A stretch of 64,000 nt of DNA from a virus (Duplodnaviria > Caudoviricetes), in IMG/VR virus record IMGVR_UViG_3300028797_000135, positions 1-64,000 of that record; one strand, 5' to 3'. The notes beneath the pieces were generated by a model that saw only the letters and a list, made by a program, of their open reading frames with translations, was not told where the DNA came from and did no database searches. Shown piece by piece: positions 9,278-18,919 of this stretch (positions are counted from its first letter, which is position 1; every line of letters begins with the position of its first letter). Made by a program: the position numbers and the translations under genes.

Positions 9278-10329
9278 ACAGTTCCAAAGAACTGTTCATT
9301 GGTCTGTATCACTGGCGCCTGAGGGTACATCGCCTTGGCAATCTCGTGGAAACGCTTGCCTGTAACCTTGTCGCCAGCATACCAGTAGCAACAACTGAGC
9401 CAAACAAGACTCAGGAAAGTGTAGTCCGTGCTATCAGCAAAATACTCGCTGGTTGTTCCCAACCCGTTTACAACCGCAAGGAAATACATTGTCGCCTCGT
9501 GGTATTTCTTTGCGTGATAAAGTCCCAATCCACACATGTACAGAAGGCGATTGTTCATACCATACTTGAGAATTGATTGTGAAAGGAAGCCTATCATTTC
9601 ATCCAGCTTCCCTTCCTTTTCAAGAATGTCAGCCTTCATACGAGCCGCTTCTATTCTATCTTCTACCCACGCATTAGGCTGGTCGAAGAATTTATTGAAC
9701 CATATACTGGCATTCTCGTTGTCCCCATTCCAATACAGTTCTTTCGCATAATATAGGATATCCCTTGTACTGAACTGGACATTTTCTTTCAGCTTCTCTT
9801 GGAAAATCCTCAGATTCCTTCCGCTATCACGCTCTACACTTGAAGTCGGCTTGCTGTGGGTGATTGTAAAGTCCAAACAGATTCGTTTTGAAGTAGATGC
9901 GAGGTACTCGTGAACGAAACCTTCCCACTGGCATGCACCTCTTTTAATGATACGAGTTACCATCGTTGTCATGGAACCGCCGACATCGTATTTCGCCATG
10001 AACGTATCGCAATCGAGCGATGGTATAGCCTCTTTCCACTTACATATCGTCTTCTGATTAGCCTCGTCGATTATATCGTCACAGTCCAACCACATGACAT
10101 AATCCATTGTGGCCTTGCTGAAACTGAAATTCCTTGCGGCGGAAAAATCATTTATCCACTTGAAGTCGAACACCTTGTCGGTGAACTTGGATGCGATTTC
10201 CTTCGTGTTGTCGGTCGAACCCGTATCAACAACGACAATCTCATCGGCAAACGACTTTACACATTCAAGGCACCTTCCGATTACCTCAGATTCATTCTTA
10301 GCAATGATGCAAACGCTCAATGTACTCAT
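9274..10329 (-). CDS. glycosyltransferase family 2 with TPR-like C-terminus
   Basis: SVCIIAKNE, VVVDTGSTD.T, DFSAARN, WLDCDD, W.G.VHE motifs. Confidence 0.9.
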   Translation of the reverse strand: MSTLSVCIIAKNESEVIGRCLECVKSFADEIVVVDTGSTDNTKEIASKFTDKVFDFKWINDFSAARNFSFSKATMDYVMWLDCDDIIDEANQKTICKWKEAIPSLDCDTFMAKYDVGGSMTTMVTRIIKRGACQWEGFVHEYLASTSKRICLDFTITHSKPTSSVERDSGRNLRIFQEKLKENVQFSTRDILYYAKELYWNGDNENASIWFNKFFDQPNAWVEDRIEAARMKADILEKEGKLDEMIGFLSQSILKYGMNNRLLYMCGLGLYHAKKYHEATMYFLAVVNGLGTTSEYFADSTDYTFLSLVWLSCCYWYAGDKVTGKRFHEIAKAMYPQAPVIQTNEQFFGTV

Positions 10330-10427
10330 GTTAATCCAATTAGTTTCGAACTACCAGTAAAATACATTTTTAACAAGAAAGCCCGCCAGCAGATGCTGAC
10401 GGGCCTGTTCTCTCTCACCAAAAAATA

Positions 10428-10688
10428 TTAGACGGTTTCCCAGTCTTCGGCAAGCATGTCGGTCTGGCTCGGTGTCCACGGTACACGGCCCTTCGGTGCA
10501 TTAGGATTCGTCGTCTGCAAGCCGAGGGTGTCGATGTAGATGTACGGCTGGGTCATCTTGGACTTCTTATCAGGGGTCTGAAGCGAGATACAGATACCGA
10601 CTCCGTTCCAACCCTTACGACGTACGCTCTTTCCTTCCTTCAAGTTTTGAAGTGCCTTACCAAACGAATATGTTTTCTTTGCTGCCAT
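10428..10688 (-). CDS. DUF2829 protein, Tad2-like anti-defence sponge candidate
   Basis: F..AL..LK.GK.V.RKGWNG…PYIYI…VPW.PSQTDMLAEDW signature. Confidence 0.85.
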   Translation of the reverse strand: MAAKKTYSFGKALQNLKEGKSVRRKGWNGVGICISLQTPDKKSKMTQPYIYIDTLGLQTTNPNAPKGRVPWTPSQTDMLAEDWETV

Positions 10689-10893
10689 ATTTACTCCTTA
10701 TTGCAGTTGTTGATTAACTCATGTATTAAAATATATTTTTCAAGAACTGCTTTTGGTTTCCGACTTTTCTTCATCTTCAAATACGGCGTCGTAGGCTTCG
10801 TCGATAGCCTTTGCAAACTCTGGTGGTACATCAAGAAGGCGGTAGCCCATCTTTTCAGCGCACTGTCTCAACTTGTCCATCACTGGCATAGCA

Positions 10894-11292
10894 TCAAGTC
10901 CTGTTCCATTCAATATGGACAAGCATATACGCTGCTTCATCAGTACCAGGGCATCCGTTTATGCAAATGTAATTGTCAAACATGACAGACCAATACTTTA
11001 TCGTTCCAGACGAATATTCAATCGACACCTTGTCGAATGAAGCTGCAAGAGGAGAGCCGCTAAACAGTTTCAAATCATCCATCTTCTGCAACAGGGTGCT
11101 ATTATCCGATACACAGTAATTACTAAGGAAGTGACCGATAACCCTACGCAAGTAGTCATGCATATCCTTGTCGTCCTTCGGACGGTACGAATCGACGTGT
11201 TCAATATTGGGTGCCTTGTAGTACATGGCGATGGAATAGTAACCATTACTGCAATCAATTACGTTTTCGTTTTTTTCTTTCTTTTCAGCCAT
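10894..11292 (-). CDS. hypothetical protein
   Basis: AAGGA RBS before MAEKK. Confidence 0.5.
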   Translation of the reverse strand: MAEKKEKNENVIDCSNGYYSIAMYYKAPNIEHVDSYRPKDDKDMHDYLRRVIGHFLSNYCVSDNSTLLQKMDDLKLFSGSPLAASFDKVSIEYSSGTIKYWSVMFDNYICINGCPGTDEAAYMLVHIEWNRT

Positions 11293-11317
11293 AATATGTC
11301 CTTTGTATTTGGTTGTG

Positions 11318-11791
11318 TTATTTTGTTTCAAGATACTTGTTCAGCAATTCGGCAATATCCTTGAACGCCTTTTCGCACTGGGCGTAATCATAGAACCAGA
11401 ATTCGTTTCTAGGATAGAGAGGGTCGCTCGGGTCTGCAGCAACACCAAGCTCAGGCCTCAGTTCGGTAGCGATATGGGCACAAGGCTTGCCAGACCCATA
11501 AAACCCGCCAACGCAGCATGGCCCAGGTTCTGCCGCACAGTCGGGGAACACTATATACTTATCACATACGGCAACGTGATACCCACGGATGTCTACCACC
11601 CGAAATCCTGCCTCGGTCGCAGCAAGGTCAAATTCCTCACGGGTAAGTGGCTTTTCGGCAGTATCTTCAAGCTCCTTCTGGCGCTTTTTAATCTTATCCT
11701 GTTTCAGCTTGTCCTCGGCGAAAATTTTATCGAGGATTTTCTGAGCAGTGGCATTTCTTTCGGCTATTTCTTGTGCAGTTAATGGTTTCAT
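11318..11791 (-). CDS. hypothetical protein (possibly leaderless mRNA)
   Basis: ATG 7 nt below a -10 box. Confidence 0.6.
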   Translation of the reverse strand: MKPLTAQEIAERNATAQKILDKIFAEDKLKQDKIKKRQKELEDTAEKPLTREEFDLAATEAGFRVVDIRGYHVAVCDKYIVFPDCAAEPGPCCVGGFYGSGKPCAHIATELRPELGVAADPSDPLYPRNEFWFYDYAQCEKAFKDIAELLNKYLETK

Positions 11792-11798
11792 GCTATCA

Positions 11799-11904
11799 AA
11801 TATAGTTACTTATTTCAAGATTGTCAATCAAAAAATGCATTTTTTTAACTTTTTATATTTTTTCTCAAAAACCTCTTGACAATCTTGGTTTAATTATGTA
11901 TATT
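11799..11904. promoter_or_regulatory. divergent pair of sigma70-type promoters
   Basis: TTGACA-N17-TATATT on minus (11799-11827) and plus (11876-11904). Confidence 0.75.
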
Positions 11905-11930
11905 GATATCATAAACCAAAAGGAGTACAT

Positions 11931-12591
11931 CATGAAACAAACACTCATCCTCTTAATCTGCATCCTTGCGACCTCACTGTTCGCTGATACGGAAAAGCGC
12001 AAAATAACAAAGGTATACGGCACAGGCATCGCATTCAACGAGCACTACATCGTTACATCAGGCGATGTCGCACGAGCATCCGAACAGCTGGATTCCATCG
12101 TCGTGATGGTAAACGACCTCCCCATCATCGCAAGGGTTGAATACGCCGCAGACACCGTGTTTGACAAAGAAAAGAACGAATATGCCAACTTGGCTATCGT
12201 ACAGGTTGACAACAAGGTATTCCTTAACGCATGCAAAATCGAAGACCGTCCTGTAAAATCGGGTGAACCCGTAACCGTAACAGGGTTCAACGAGTTCAGC
12301 CCCAAGGTCCAGTCACAGGCGTTTCCCGCAAAGGTCGTTGCCGATTCGACATTTCCTGAGTATGTCGCCCGTGCATTGAATGTCCGATTGCCAGGTGGTT
12401 TCAGCGGAGCCGCAATTTCCAGTCACGGAAAAGTAATCGGAATGACATTCAGAAACAGCAATCGCAAATCCGACTTGTCTTTCTTCTATGACGGCATGCT
12501 CCTTTCTGGATTCGTGAAGCAAAACCGTCCCAATACGACCGATATGGCAAAATGCACATATCAGGTCCGAAGCTATGTGACTGTACAATAA
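11931..12591 (+). CDS. secreted trypsin-like protease homologue, probably catalytically dead
   Basis: signal peptide; GTG..F, GFSGA retained but His (TSGDV) and Asp (NLAIV) substituted; paralog of 18188-18847. Confidence 0.7.
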
Positions 12592-12657
12592 ATCGAACTC
12601 ATCAAAATAAAGCCCTTCCAATCGGAAGGGCTTTTCGTTAATTTAAAGAGCAGTTGA

Positions 12658-13194
12658 TTAAGCCTGTTTCTTGGAGTCCAGATACTGCTGATATGCAGCA
12701 GCGGTTTCCTTACCCCACTTTCCATCGACCGCAAGATTGAGGCCAAGCGTCTTGTTAAGGAAATTCTGCCAACGCATGTTACGCTGACGTGCCTCTTCAT
12801 TGTAAACATTGTTGTGGTAGTTTCCGTTGGCGGCATTACTGCCTGCATTCATGATAGCCTTGTAGTCACCCTTGCTAACCTTGGCAACGCCCCTGCTACC
12901 CTTGTTGTTCATCATCTTCTGCAGAAGAGGATTGTCTGTCTTCAAATGCTCCTTCATCTGAACGTCAGTCCACATGTTGGTATCTTGGAAAGAACCCTTC
13001 TGCTGCCTGTTTTCAGACGGAGCGGCTTCCTCAGGCTGCTTAGTGACATTAGGCTCAGTGCCAGTCTCTGCGTTTGTTGCAGTTTCATCGGCTTCAAAGC
13101 AAGCCTGAAAACAATTCGTTACAGCTTCCAACTGAGGCTTGCTCAAATTCAGTTGAGAGGCATAGTATTTAAACATATCGACTTGATTGGACAT
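12658..13194 (-). CDS. leader-motif protein with C-terminal peptidoglycan-binding-like motif
   Basis: N-terminal F…LNL…QLEAV…ACFE leader; C-terminal LAVDGKWGKET..A. Confidence 0.6.
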   Translation of the reverse strand: MSNQVDMFKYYASQLNLSKPQLEAVTNCFQACFEADETATNAETGTEPNVTKQPEEAAPSENRQQKGSFQDTNMWTDVQMKEHLKTDNPLLQKMMNNKGSRGVAKVSKGDYKAIMNAGSNAANGNYHNNVYNEEARQRNMRWQNFLNKTLGLNLAVDGKWGKETAAAYQQYLDSKKQA

Positions 13195-13302
13195 TTTTGC
13201 ATCCTACAATGGTGATTTCGTATATAGTTTATACAGTCACTTCCATATCCGCATTCATAATAAGGTTATAAACTATTGGTAAATATAACCACTTGGTATA
13301 TT

Positions 13303-14133
13303 ATGAAATTCATTGAAGATTACAAGAATTTGTTTGACTTGGTCGCCGACCTTCCTGAAGACGACCCTTGCGGCAGTTACACGAGCCTCATGAGGCCAGT
13401 CGAATTGAAGAAGACCCCCGAAGCAAAAAAGTTTGATGGAGGTGATGAAGACGACCCAGCAAGTGCATCGTTCATCGAGACCGAAGAAAAGAAGGACTTC
13501 AAGGAAGTGAAGCCCAGCAAGGAGACTGCTCTTAAACCCAAGGTTTCTGGTGCAGCCGATGTAATGAAGAAGAACGGCGTTGTCACCGATTCCGACATCC
13601 CAGAATCTGTCAAAGAAAGCGTCAAGGAAGAACTCACCAAAATCCGCAATGACTCTTCCGACGAAAAATCATGGGACAACAAGGCAAACCAAGTCAAGAA
13701 CATGTTTAACGACAATGTTGCAAAGGTAGCAAAGCCTAGACAAACAAGAAACATCATCAACGCAGTCAATGACACCGAGACCGACGACAAAAAGTTTCCG
13801 AAAATAAAGAACAACCCAGAATTCCTGAAGGTCAAGGACATACAGCCAGTCACCAAGGTGAAGGTGGAAAAGATGAAGGCCGTGAACAACAATATGGTGG
13901 GCTATGACGAGCTTGATATTCCAGTCAACACAAAGTTCATCTGCGATGACTGGGACAAGAACGCAAAGGATGCCATCAAGCAGTTCCGTGCAACCGTTGA
14001 CAAGATGAAGGGTATGTCAAAGTATACTGACGAATACAAGAACCGTTGTGCCAACCTACTATACAAGTACAAGGACCTTCCTAAGTCACAGTTCGAATCT
14101 CTTTGCAAGATAATGGAAAATGTGAACCGATAA
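13303..14133 (+). CDS. hypothetical late protein
   Basis: TATAAACTAT at 13267 upstream; terminator at ~14153-14182. Confidence 0.6.
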   Translation: MKFIEDYKNLFDLVADLPEDDPCGSYTSLMRPVELKKTPEAKKFDGGDEDDPASASFIETEEKKDFKEVKPSKETALKPKVSGAADVMKKNGVVTDSDIPESVKESVKEELTKIRNDSSDEKSWDNKANQVKNMFNDNVAKVAKPRQTRNIINAVNDTETDDKKFPKIKNNPEFLKVKDIQPVTKVKVEKMKAVNNNMVGYDELDIPVNTKFICDDWDKNAKDAIKQFRATVDKMKGMSKYTDEYKNRCANLLYKYKDLPKSQFESLCKIMENVNR

Positions 14134-14184
14134 GGAACAACATTTGAAACAGAAAAGCAATCGGATTTCCGATTGCTTTTTCAT

Positions 14185-14601
14185 TTATGACTGGCTCGTA
14201 CTCGTGTCCGCACAGATGTTTTCGTTCGAGAGCGCAGAACTCTTACCGAGGACCGTGCGGCCAGGTCCGCCCCATGTTCCAACCCGATAACCCATCTGGC
14301 TCTCCTTTGACGAGGCAATCAGGTTCTTAACCGTCGGGTCCTTCGTCGCCACCTTGCTCTCTGGGAACCACTCGGAGTTGAAATTGCCGTAGCCAACCTC
14401 CTTCTTACCAATAAGGCTAGGAAGGCGGTTTATCTGTCCAGTATGCCTCCAAGGGATAGGAGATTCTGGATTAGGCTTTGCGTTGACATCGAAGGCGACC
14501 TGTTCAAAACACGCCTTGTGAATACCAGCAATGCACTCGAACATGGCTTCATCCAGTCCGAGCTGCTTGATAGTATCGACAAATGTTGAATGCTTATCCA
14601 T
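14185..14601 (-). CDS. leader-motif protein, paralog of 38188-38721
   Basis: F…IKQLGL…IHKACFE leader; shared FP..K…DP.V..LI segment. Confidence 0.6.
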   Translation of the reverse strand: MDKHSTFVDTIKQLGLDEAMFECIAGIHKACFEQVAFDVNAKPNPESPIPWRHTGQINRLPSLIGKKEVGYGNFNSEWFPESKVATKDPTVKNLIASSKESQMGYRVGTWGGPGRTVLGKSSALSNENICADTSTSQS

Positions 14602-15338
14602 TAGAAAGTTGCACCTGCATCAGAAGTGTTGAACTGGAAGTTGACCGTATCGAGACCTTCGGAATCAGAAATGTCTCCACGAATATCCTGTGCATGCCAG
14701 CACTTCGGTCCGTTGTTACGTCCACCGCCAACGGGAACATATCCGTTCGCAATCACGTCGAAATGACCATTGCTGTATTCCACGATGGTAGCATCATGCT
14801 GTTCCGTAGGAACCGCAGCAACGATGCGCTTCGGGTGAAGGGCAATCTCAGGCGGGTCTGGCGGAGGCGGCGGAAGCGGTCTCGGTGGAATAGGCGGCAT
14901 CGGGCCAATTGGATTCGGCCAGATAGGTCTAGGATGGCATCCACAACCATGAGGATGACGCGGCATAGGCATCATCGGGCCCATACAGCCGCATACAGGA
15001 GCCTGTTGAGGCATACACTGGTAATGGAAGGTCGGACCGCCAAAATAAGGCTGGTGCCACGGATGCGGCCAAAAGTGGGGGTACGGAGGAGGAATGTGCG
15101 GGCGAGGTCCGCATCCACATGGAGGAGGGCCTGGGTACATCCTCGACGGGGTGTATTCCCACGGGCCTGCCTGTCTAGGCGGAGGCGGGAAGCACGGTCC
15201 AAACCAAGGAGGCGGCTGGAACGGCATAAACAGCGGAGGAGGCGGAGGGCAGCAATGATGATGCGTAGGGGTCTGCCTCATGTAAGGCATCCTGTCATAA
15301 ACCTCGTTCGGAATCCCGTTGTTGCAACCGCAGCTCAT
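14601..15338 (-). CDS. Pro/Cys/His-rich low-complexity protein
   Basis: GGGGAG RBS; stop overlaps next start; CGC and poly-Pro tracts. Confidence 0.6.
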   Translation of the reverse strand: MSCGCNNGIPNEVYDRMPYMRQTPTHHHCCPPPPPLFMPFQPPPWFGPCFPPPPRQAGPWEYTPSRMYPGPPPCGCGPRPHIPPPYPHFWPHPWHQPYFGGPTFHYQCMPQQAPVCGCMGPMMPMPRHPHGCGCHPRPIWPNPIGPMPPIPPRPLPPPPPDPPEIALHPKRIVAAVPTEQHDATIVEYSNGHFDVIANGYVPVGGGRNNGPKCWHAQDIRGDISDSEGLDTVNFQFNTSDAGATF

Positions 15339-15354
15339 ATCTCCCCCATCAAAA

Positions 15355-15780
15355 TTAGTTATCTACTCCTTCAAGCCTTTCAATACGCTTTTCAATCGTG
15401 TTCAGCGATGTAGTTAAGGTAGATTTGATACCCGAGAGCGTTTCGTTAATAGCGTTCAAAGCAGTAGTTATCTGCTCTAGTTTATAGTCTACCGTCTTCA
15501 AGCGGTCCTTTACACCATCGACATCCTTCTGTGTCAGAGAAATCTTGTTTTCAAGAACAGTCAGCTGTTGCCTGTACTCAAATTCCTTCTTCTGGTATTC
15601 CAGTTGCATTTCAAGGAACTTCTTGTCCACTTGACTGAATTGCTCGTTACGTTTAACTCCTGTATCTTTCCTTTGTGTTTCAATCCGCTTGATGAGATAA
15701 AACAATCCAGCAGCTATCAACGTGAATATAAGCAACGCTGGACTATTCGTCTTCAAAGCCGCTATCCACATTTCCGCCAT
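15355..15780 (-). CDS. membrane-anchored coiled-coil protein (holin-like)
   Basis: single N-terminal TM helix then heptad-like C-terminus; late motif at 15812. Confidence 0.45.
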   Translation of the reverse strand: MAEMWIAALKTNSPALLIFTLIAAGLFYLIKRIETQRKDTGVKRNEQFSQVDKKFLEMQLEYQKKEFEYRQQLTVLENKISLTQKDVDGVKDRLKTVDYKLEQITTALNAINETLSGIKSTLTTSLNTIEKRIERLEGVDN

Positions 15781-15838
15781 AAACCTATCCTCGGGTATCT
15801 AACCATACCCTTAGTTTATAGATTTTGGGGTGTCCAGA

Positions 15839-16231
15839 CTAAAAATTTTGAATAGCTTTTTCTCTTAAATCTCGTACAATTTCCTTATAAATTTCAAGTA
15901 CATTACGAACAAGTTCAACTATGTTCACATCATGCTTGAACACGCTTCCCACAAGGGATATTCCGCCCATCTTATTGAAGTTTAACAAGCCATGGTAGTC
16001 GGCGCAAAACTGCTCGTAATACTCGTAGAACTCGTCATCTACACTGATGCTTTCGCTTGAATCAAGCCATTCCTTGTCTTGCTCGTCATCCCAGCAAATG
16101 AAGGGATAGCAGTAGATTGCGGGTTTCCCGTTTGAGTCCAGTTTGCCGAATGTGATATTATCATAGATTATCATCCCATCCCTGGTCACCGTAAGGCCCA
16201 TGGAGGTAAGCGATTTGATTAGCTCTTTCAT
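15839..16231 (-). CDS. hypothetical protein
   Basis: AAGGAG RBS. Confidence 0.6.
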   Translation of the reverse strand: MKELIKSLTSMGLTVTRDGMIIYDNITFGKLDSNGKPAIYCYPFICWDDEQDKEWLDSSESISVDDEFYEYYEQFCADYHGLLNFNKMGGISLVGSVFKHDVNIVELVRNVLEIYKEIVRDLREKAIQNF

Positions 16232-16442
16232 GAGGGCTCCTTTGCACCTACTAAGGGTTTATATATTTTAAGGAGCTACCATACAAAAACAGGGGCCCCC
16301 AGATTGCTCTGACGACCCCAGAAACCTTTTCTACACTAGCAGATAGGCTAAAAAGTAAGTGCCAGCGACGGTCCCATGCCTATATGATGGCGACGCAATT
16401 CGCTAGCACTCACTTTAATGTTTATACATCTAAAATTTCCGA

Positions 16443-16880
16443 CTAATTTTTGCCCGTGGAGCCAAAACCGCCACGGTCCTTACCAGTCAGTTCACCTTCG
16501 ACAAAGTTAATCTTCGGCTGATTTTCAATGATGCGGAACTGGGCGATACGGTCACCCTTCTTGATTGTGGTGTCTTCCGTTGCGTAAACAGTAAGCTTCC
16601 ACCAGTCGTTCGGTCCACAGTAGGAACCGTCAACCACACCGACACTGTTGGTCTGGAGAATCTTGAAGTTCTTGTACGTAGAGCTGCGAGGTGCGATATG
16701 CGCTTCGTAACCTGCGGGAAGCTCCATAGCTACACCAAGGTGAATAAGCTTGAATTCGCCCTTCTTCAATACCACATCTTCTGCTGCGGACAAGTCAATC
16801 CAGTCGGACTTGCCATCAACGTAGGTAAGGCGCTTGATACTGTCATCAAGATACTTGATTTTGATTTGTACTTCTTTCAT
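16443..16880 (-). CDS. dut: dUTPase (trimeric)
   Basis: [31 protein letters not shown] motifs. Confidence 0.93.
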   Translation of the reverse strand: MKEVQIKIKYLDDSIKRLTYVDGKSDWIDLSAAEDVVLKKGEFKLIHLGVAMELPAGYEAHIAPRSSTYKNFKILQTNSVGVVDGSYCGPNDWWKLTVYATEDTTIKKGDRIAQFRIIENQPKINFVEGELTGKDRGGFGSTGKN

Positions 16881-16895
16881 TTTAATCCTCTTCGG

Positions 16896-17282
16896 TTAAT
16901 AAAGGTCAGACGAATCCGTTTCGTCACTATCTTCCTTGGGAGCATACTTTCCTTCGATGGTTGCAGTGAAGTCAAACATCGAAGTAACACTTACGTCCAC
17001 ATTGGAATATTCCACATCGTACTGATTAAGTACGTCTTCAAGGTCGGAACCAATCTTCTCTTTCAGATACTCTTCAAGAGCATTTTCCGTCTCAAAAATC
17101 TTTCCGTCAGGGTTTGCAACAGACCATTCCTTCGAATGGTAGCCTACCGTGATGACAACATCGCTATCGTCATCCCCTTCGGTTTCGCTTTCGACACTCA
17201 TGCAGTCGCAATCAAGTTCGACTTGGTCTTGAAACCATTCCTTGACATCGACGCTCAAATCTTTAAGTTCTTCGTCATTCAT
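16896..17282 (-). CDS. highly acidic hypothetical protein
   Basis: GGAGG RBS; D/E-rich. Confidence 0.6.
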   Translation of the reverse strand: MNDEELKDLSVDVKEWFQDQVELDCDCMSVESETEGDDDSDVVITVGYHSKEWSVANPDGKIFETENALEEYLKEKIGSDLEDVLNQYDVEYSNVDVSVTSMFDFTATIEGKYAPKEDSDETDSSDLY

Positions 17283-17294
17283 GAGAACCTCCGT

Positions 17295-18188
17295 CTACAA
17301 TATAGTATTTACACCCTTTTCTTTCAAGAGGGCAAAGAACTTTTCTGGCGTAATAATTTTCACGCCGAGCTGTTTTGCCTTCTTCGACTTGGTAGAGGTA
17401 GAGTTTTCGTCAGCCTGCACGAGATAATCAAGCTTTGCACTGACACTGCCCTTTACAAGCCCACCAAACGCCTTCACGGTGCGTTCAAGGTCGTCACGAT
17501 TGTATTCCATCGCACCAGTGAAACAGAAAGACAATCCGCCAAGAGCATCCATTTCCACAGACTTCTTGAACGTGAACTTCCCGAGTTCAACAGTTCCCGT
17601 GATTTCATCAATGGCGTCAAACATCTGGGTAAACAGATTCAACTTGACTTCGTAAGCGCTGAACCCAGGGATGACCAACATGGCCAGCTTTTCAGGCGTA
17701 TATGAACGGATGGTCGCCAATGTGGACATCGGGTTGTCATACCATCCGCCAAACACTTCAAGGCGTTCCAAACCAGACAGTTTCGCTTCGGAGAACCCAT
17801 CAAAGTCAAACAGAGACAGGAACTTGCTCATGGAAATCGGTTCGTTCATCGCAGCCAACATGTTCTTACGGAGCTTCGCACCGTTCACTTGGCTATTCAT
17901 TGCCTTGGAGAGCCCGTTCCCGCCAGATACGGCATCGTAAATCAGGTCAGGAATCTTCTTCATGCCGACTTCATTAACAAGGGCAGAAACACAGCTATCT
18001 CCCGCACCGTCAATCGCCAAGACATCGAAGAAGTTGGCAAACTTATGGACAATCTTTTGAGGGCAGGACGGGTTCACGCAGCAAACCATCCCGTTGTCCA
18101 ACACATTCAACTCACCGTGGCAGACAGGGCATTCCTTCGGGAAAGCAATGTTCGATGCCACATATTCTTTGTATTTTTCAGGAATCAT
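17295..18188 (-). CDS. ligA: NAD+-dependent DNA ligase, C-terminal part (Zn finger, HhH, BRCT)
   Basis: FPKECPVC…C.NPSCP; FCFTG…RDDL…GG.V..SVS.KLDYLV…K.KKAKQLGV.II BRCT; ATG overlaps protease stop. Confidence 0.85.
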   Translation of the reverse strand: MIPEKYKEYVASNIAFPKECPVCHGELNVLDNGMVCCVNPSCPQKIVHKFANFFDVLAIDGAGDSCVSALVNEVGMKKIPDLIYDAVSGGNGLSKAMNSQVNGAKLRKNMLAAMNEPISMSKFLSLFDFDGFSEAKLSGLERLEVFGGWYDNPMSTLATIRSYTPEKLAMLVIPGFSAYEVKLNLFTQMFDAIDEITGTVELGKFTFKKSVEMDALGGLSFCFTGAMEYNRDDLERTVKAFGGLVKGSVSAKLDYLVQADENSTSTKSKKAKQLGVKIITPEKFFALLKEKGVNTIL

Positions 18189-18847
18189 TAGTAACCCCAT
18201 TTTTGACGAGCAGACTTGAACTCTGAATCCGAACTCAAGATGCTTATAACACATTTCTTCACATTCTTTGTATTAGGATATTCCGTTACACCATTCTTAC
18301 GGAGAATACGAACCAATTCGGTAGACTTAACCACATTGCTAGTATTCTGTTCCACAATTATAGACTTGCTCATTCCGCCGATTCGACCGTCCCTAGTAAA
18401 GTTAGGCCCGCCAGACATTCCACTCCGCAGCGTTCCTGTCATTCGATAGAAACTGTAATTGCCATCATACCGATACTGCATGCGAATACTCAGCGGGATA
18501 ACAGTCAAATCAGGTTCGTTAATCGGGTCAGGATAGCCATACGACATCAGCTTTTCCCCGATAGGCAATTCACCGTGAGCAAGACGGCATACCATAGGCA
18601 TTTCCACAGGTTCCTCATCAAGCTTCAACAAGGCAACATCCGAGTCAACCGTATAATCAACGACGTGAGCCTTGAAACATGTATCATTCTTTATGTCGTA
18701 ATAGCAGATATTTTCATAGCCATCAACGACATGATATGCAGTCACGAGATACTCGCTGTTTACGAAGAATCCAGTTCCACCGTACACATCGTATTTTGCA
18801 AACACCATTGCGGCGAAAACAAGAATGATACTGATAAGCTTTTTCAT
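18188..18847 (-). CDS. secreted trypsin-like serine protease
   Basis: signal peptide; GTGFFV, TAYHVV (His), DVALLKL (Asp), GMSGGP (Ser). Confidence 0.85.
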   Translation of the reverse strand: MKKLISIILVFAAMVFAKYDVYGGTGFFVNSEYLVTAYHVVDGYENICYYDIKNDTCFKAHVVDYTVDSDVALLKLDEEPVEMPMVCRLAHGELPIGEKLMSYGYPDPINEPDLTVIPLSIRMQYRYDGNYSFYRMTGTLRSGMSGGPNFTRDGRIGGMSKSIIVEQNTSNVVKSTELVRILRKNGVTEYPNTKNVKKCVISILSSDSEFKSARQKWGY

Positions 18848-18873
18848 GATGTTACCTCTTTGTTTGTATCTAA

Positions 18874-18902
18874 AATATACCTAATTAAATGCTTCTTGGC
18901 AA
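18874..18902 (-). promoter_or_regulatory. sigma70-type promoter inside split ligase locus
   Basis: TTGCCA-N17-TATATT. Confidence 0.65.
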
Positions 18903-18919
18903 CACCTTTATTGTAAAAA

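Noticed and set aside
14583-15413. 276-aa Arg-rich plus-strand ORF (and similar long antisense ORFs such as 4837-5739, 16698-17705, 57379-58275)
   Set aside because: These are antisense shadows of well-supported minus-strand genes.
18188-18919. Group I/II intron or intein splitting ligA
   Set aside because: The insert is a promoter plus a secreted protease. The upstream half has a stop and the downstream half its own ATG. No intron core, homing endonuclease or intein motifs were recognised.
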